A DNA stretch of 64,000 nt from Isurus oxyrinchus. Lineage: Eukaryota. The number at the start of each line of letters is the position of its first letter. Position 1 is the stretch's first letter. Where the stretch lies: the NCBI GenBank assembly GCA_026770705.1, contig JANJGN010000323.1:124001-188000 (forward strand), given 5' to 3'. Positions 61,362 to 64,000 of the stretch are shown here, piece after piece. The position numbers and the translations under genes are program-made. The notes beneath the pieces were generated by a model. The model saw only the letters and a program-made list of their open reading frames with translations, was not told where the DNA came from and did no database searches.

Positions 61362-62667
61362 TGTAATATGCCTTTCAGGGACAGCAGCATGACATCACTC
61401 GAGGGGAAGTGTGTCATGTGATTTTTAGGAACTGGAGTTGGCTTAAGTAAGTTCGATGCATATTTGTGTGTTAGGCATAATGTCTATCTTTAAGTTCAAG
61501 TTTAGTTTGTATTTCTGTATTTGGGTGTTTAGAAAAGGGGGAACTTGACGTAAGAAGAAGCCAGCATTCCATTGAGGTTTTATGTCTGTTGAAGGGAAGT
61601 CAAAACAAATACAAGGTGTAAGAAACTGTGCTGTTGCCTAGCAACAATGATCCAGAGGGAAAGACCCACAGAGACAGAGAAAAACAGAAAAGGACTTTCA
61701 GTTCTGTTGAAAGGAGTTGCCAGGAGAAGCAGCAAAGGAGCGGGACAGATAGTCAGTCCCAAAGTAAAGAAGAAGCCAAAACTATCGAGTGGAACAGGAG
61801 AAAGGGCCCAAGAAAACCTTCTAGTCAAATCTGGAAAAGGCCCTGTTAAGTGAAGTTAAGAGTGAGGAGCGGACAAAGGCTTCAAGCTTAAAGGAAGAAG
61901 CAGCAGGACACAGGCCTAAAGCAAAATAGGCTTGTGAGAAGCCAGAAGATCCTAGGAGACACCACAGGTTGGTGACTCATTACTACGGCCATGTGAAGCC
62001 ATGGTGTTCCATTGACACGGCTGAGCATTGGAGAGACAGGGCGTGGAAGGAAGGCTGAATGCACGTGGCGATCCAGGGGGCAGGAACATGGGAAGGAGAG
62101 TTTGAAATAGTGAAAGTGGTCCCTTGTGGAAGGTGTCTGAGTGAAAGTGTCATGTTGGAGAAGATTCCAAAGTGTGTTCTTGGAGAGTGGAGATTGGAAA
62201 CCCTCAAATGGATATCTCAGTTCAGTGAGACTGGTTGGCTCACAGTGTAACAAGCGTCTGGGGACAGCTGAGGAGAGAACCATAGCATTTGTTTCAAGTG
62301 GGCTCTGTCACTTGGTTGAAGAGTGTGGTGTCCCTGACCACAGGTCGTCTATTGGTTTACATGGACTGTGTACTTAGTGTGAACATGATAGTATAAGATA
62401 GTTATTGTAACTTGTGTTATCTTTGTGAATCTGTATATATCTGCAAAGATATAGGTCTGGGTGAAGGAGTAATTTCATATAGTTTGTCTTTCCTAGTTTA
62501 ATAAATGTTTTATTCTTTTGTTAGACGTTCATCAGATGACTCCTGTGACTCTGTTCAGTAGCCGCACTCCACATTCCTAAATAAAAAATAAAAGTTAGGA
62601 CCTATCAAGCTGAGTTCCACCCTGGGATCTGACTTGCCCAGTAGTAACATCAGCTGGGATGGTAACA
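61362..62667 (+). mobile_element. Solo LTR-like element
   Basis: TGTAAT...GGTAACA termini, internal AATAAA, no ORF. Confidence 0.5.
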
Positions 62668-62929
62668 CCATCCAGTCCAAGTTTCACTTTGGCCTGTGAG
62701 CAGAACACAGCTCACACAGTTTGGCTGCAGGTGTCTCCCAGCTTTCTATCCTTGTATATCTGTTCTCATGTCCCTGTTCTAAATAACTGAACCCACAATG
62801 TATTTACCCAATTCCGTATCAGTGGTTGGTGCCTTTATATCATCATAAAAACACAACATGGTGATCAGTGGTGGCAAAACATTCTGGCAGCAAGATTCAG
62901 TACAGGTATGACGTGGTGAACAGCCTGAG

Positions 62930-64000
62930 ATCGAGCTACATGACATGAGACGACCCTCGACGCTTTGGTCAGACCACAACAGAGACACAGCATCAGAGAG
63001 GGTTGAAATCGCAGTGTACTGACTGCTCAGGAAACCTTTGAAGACACAGTGACGGGAAAAAGCTCAAGTAAAGAGCTGGGGAGCAGACGGATCCCTCGTG
63101 GTGAGATTACAGCACACAGCCTGTAGGTCAGTGAGTGGGACAGTGTGTATCGCCAGGACCAGCAGCGGGTTAGCTCAGTCAGGGAAGGCGAGTGACCAGG
63201 GTGTGGGCTGGATCGATAGTGAGCGAGGGAGAGTCAAACACACAAAAACCATTATAAAAATCAGCCCAGAGAAGTTAGTGATTATAACGGGCGGCTTCGA
63301 GATTGCTGAACAGCAAATTGAATAAAAAACAAAGACTCCATTACTCCGTGGTGTGTTCCTGCCACAACCCGTCTTCGTGGGCGGAGCTTCGGAAAAGCAC
63401 ACGAAAGGGGCTAAAGCGACACTCATCCCAGGTCAGAAGGAGAAGGAAGGTCAAAGGAATATTGTCAGAATGTCCACTAAATTCCCCAGTTTGAACTGGG
63501 ATGTAGCTGACCGACTATCTGAATTCAGAATGTTTAAACAGCGTACAGAGCTCTGGTTTCCTGATTCAGGTGTGACTGAACCAGACGAGCCACCCATAAA
63601 AATTCACCTCGCGATTGGGAATGAAGGTCTACACAGGCTGAGCACATCAGGATTAACAGCAGAAGAGCGAAAGGATCCCCAATAGATACGGACGACATTG
63701 GAAGACAGGTTCAGAATCAGGTGAAACTCCATATTCATCAACTAGAGTTTATGTCATTTCATCAGCCTACACAATCCATAGACCACTTCATCAGCCGATG
63801 TAGAGAAAAGGGTACGCACTGTGATTTCAAACACAGAGCCTGCAGACACAGTTGTTGAGTTGGTGATCGCTTCCATTCCCATGGAAGCCTTCCAGAAAGA
63901 TCTGCTAGATAAGACCAAAACCTATAGCATTGAAGAGCTACTCAAGGATGGACATAAATACGAAGTAATCCTCGCAGGTCAACGAAGCTTACAGGTCCTC
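62930..64000 (+). mobile_element. LTR retrotransposon 5' internal region and decayed gag, running off the window
   Basis: FPSLNWDVADRLSEFRMFKQRTELWF...IHLAIGNEGL, with stops and frameshifts. Confidence 0.6.

Overview
Repeat-rich vertebrate genomic DNA, most likely from a cartilaginous fish. That assignment is inferred from Deu-domain SINEs, CR1/L2/Penelope fragments and their derived minisatellites. Reading splice sites by hand gives an innate-immunity locus that the ORF track largely misses. (1) A complete three-exon hepcidin (HAMP) gene on + (12907-17183) encodes an 81-aa prepropeptide with an RQKR cleavage site. Its atypical 27-aa 8-Cys mature peptide (MGRFCRFCCNCCNWRESNETCGLCCRY) has an enlarged loop carrying an N-E-T sequon, and a GGCGCC BMP-response-like element lies upstream. 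(2) A Siglec (CD22/MAG-like) cluster lies on -. Gene A (60736 to 48821; leader exon not found in the window) reads V-V-C2-C2-TM with a TEYAQI tail, and its second V domain has Lys in place of the essential Arg plus an extra Cys. Gene B (42881 to about 30289) reads leader-V-C2-C2-TM with a Tyr-motif tail. An orphan or alternative terminal TM exon carries an intramembrane Arg (24528-24667; activating-receptor type). (3) A + strand Siglec pseudogene (7881-9033) is cut by a Gypsy gag-protease fragment. The rest is LINE/SINE/LTR fragments, minisatellites and a 3-kb 24-bp satellite whose long ORFs are artefacts. All gene models come from sequence alone and need transcript support.
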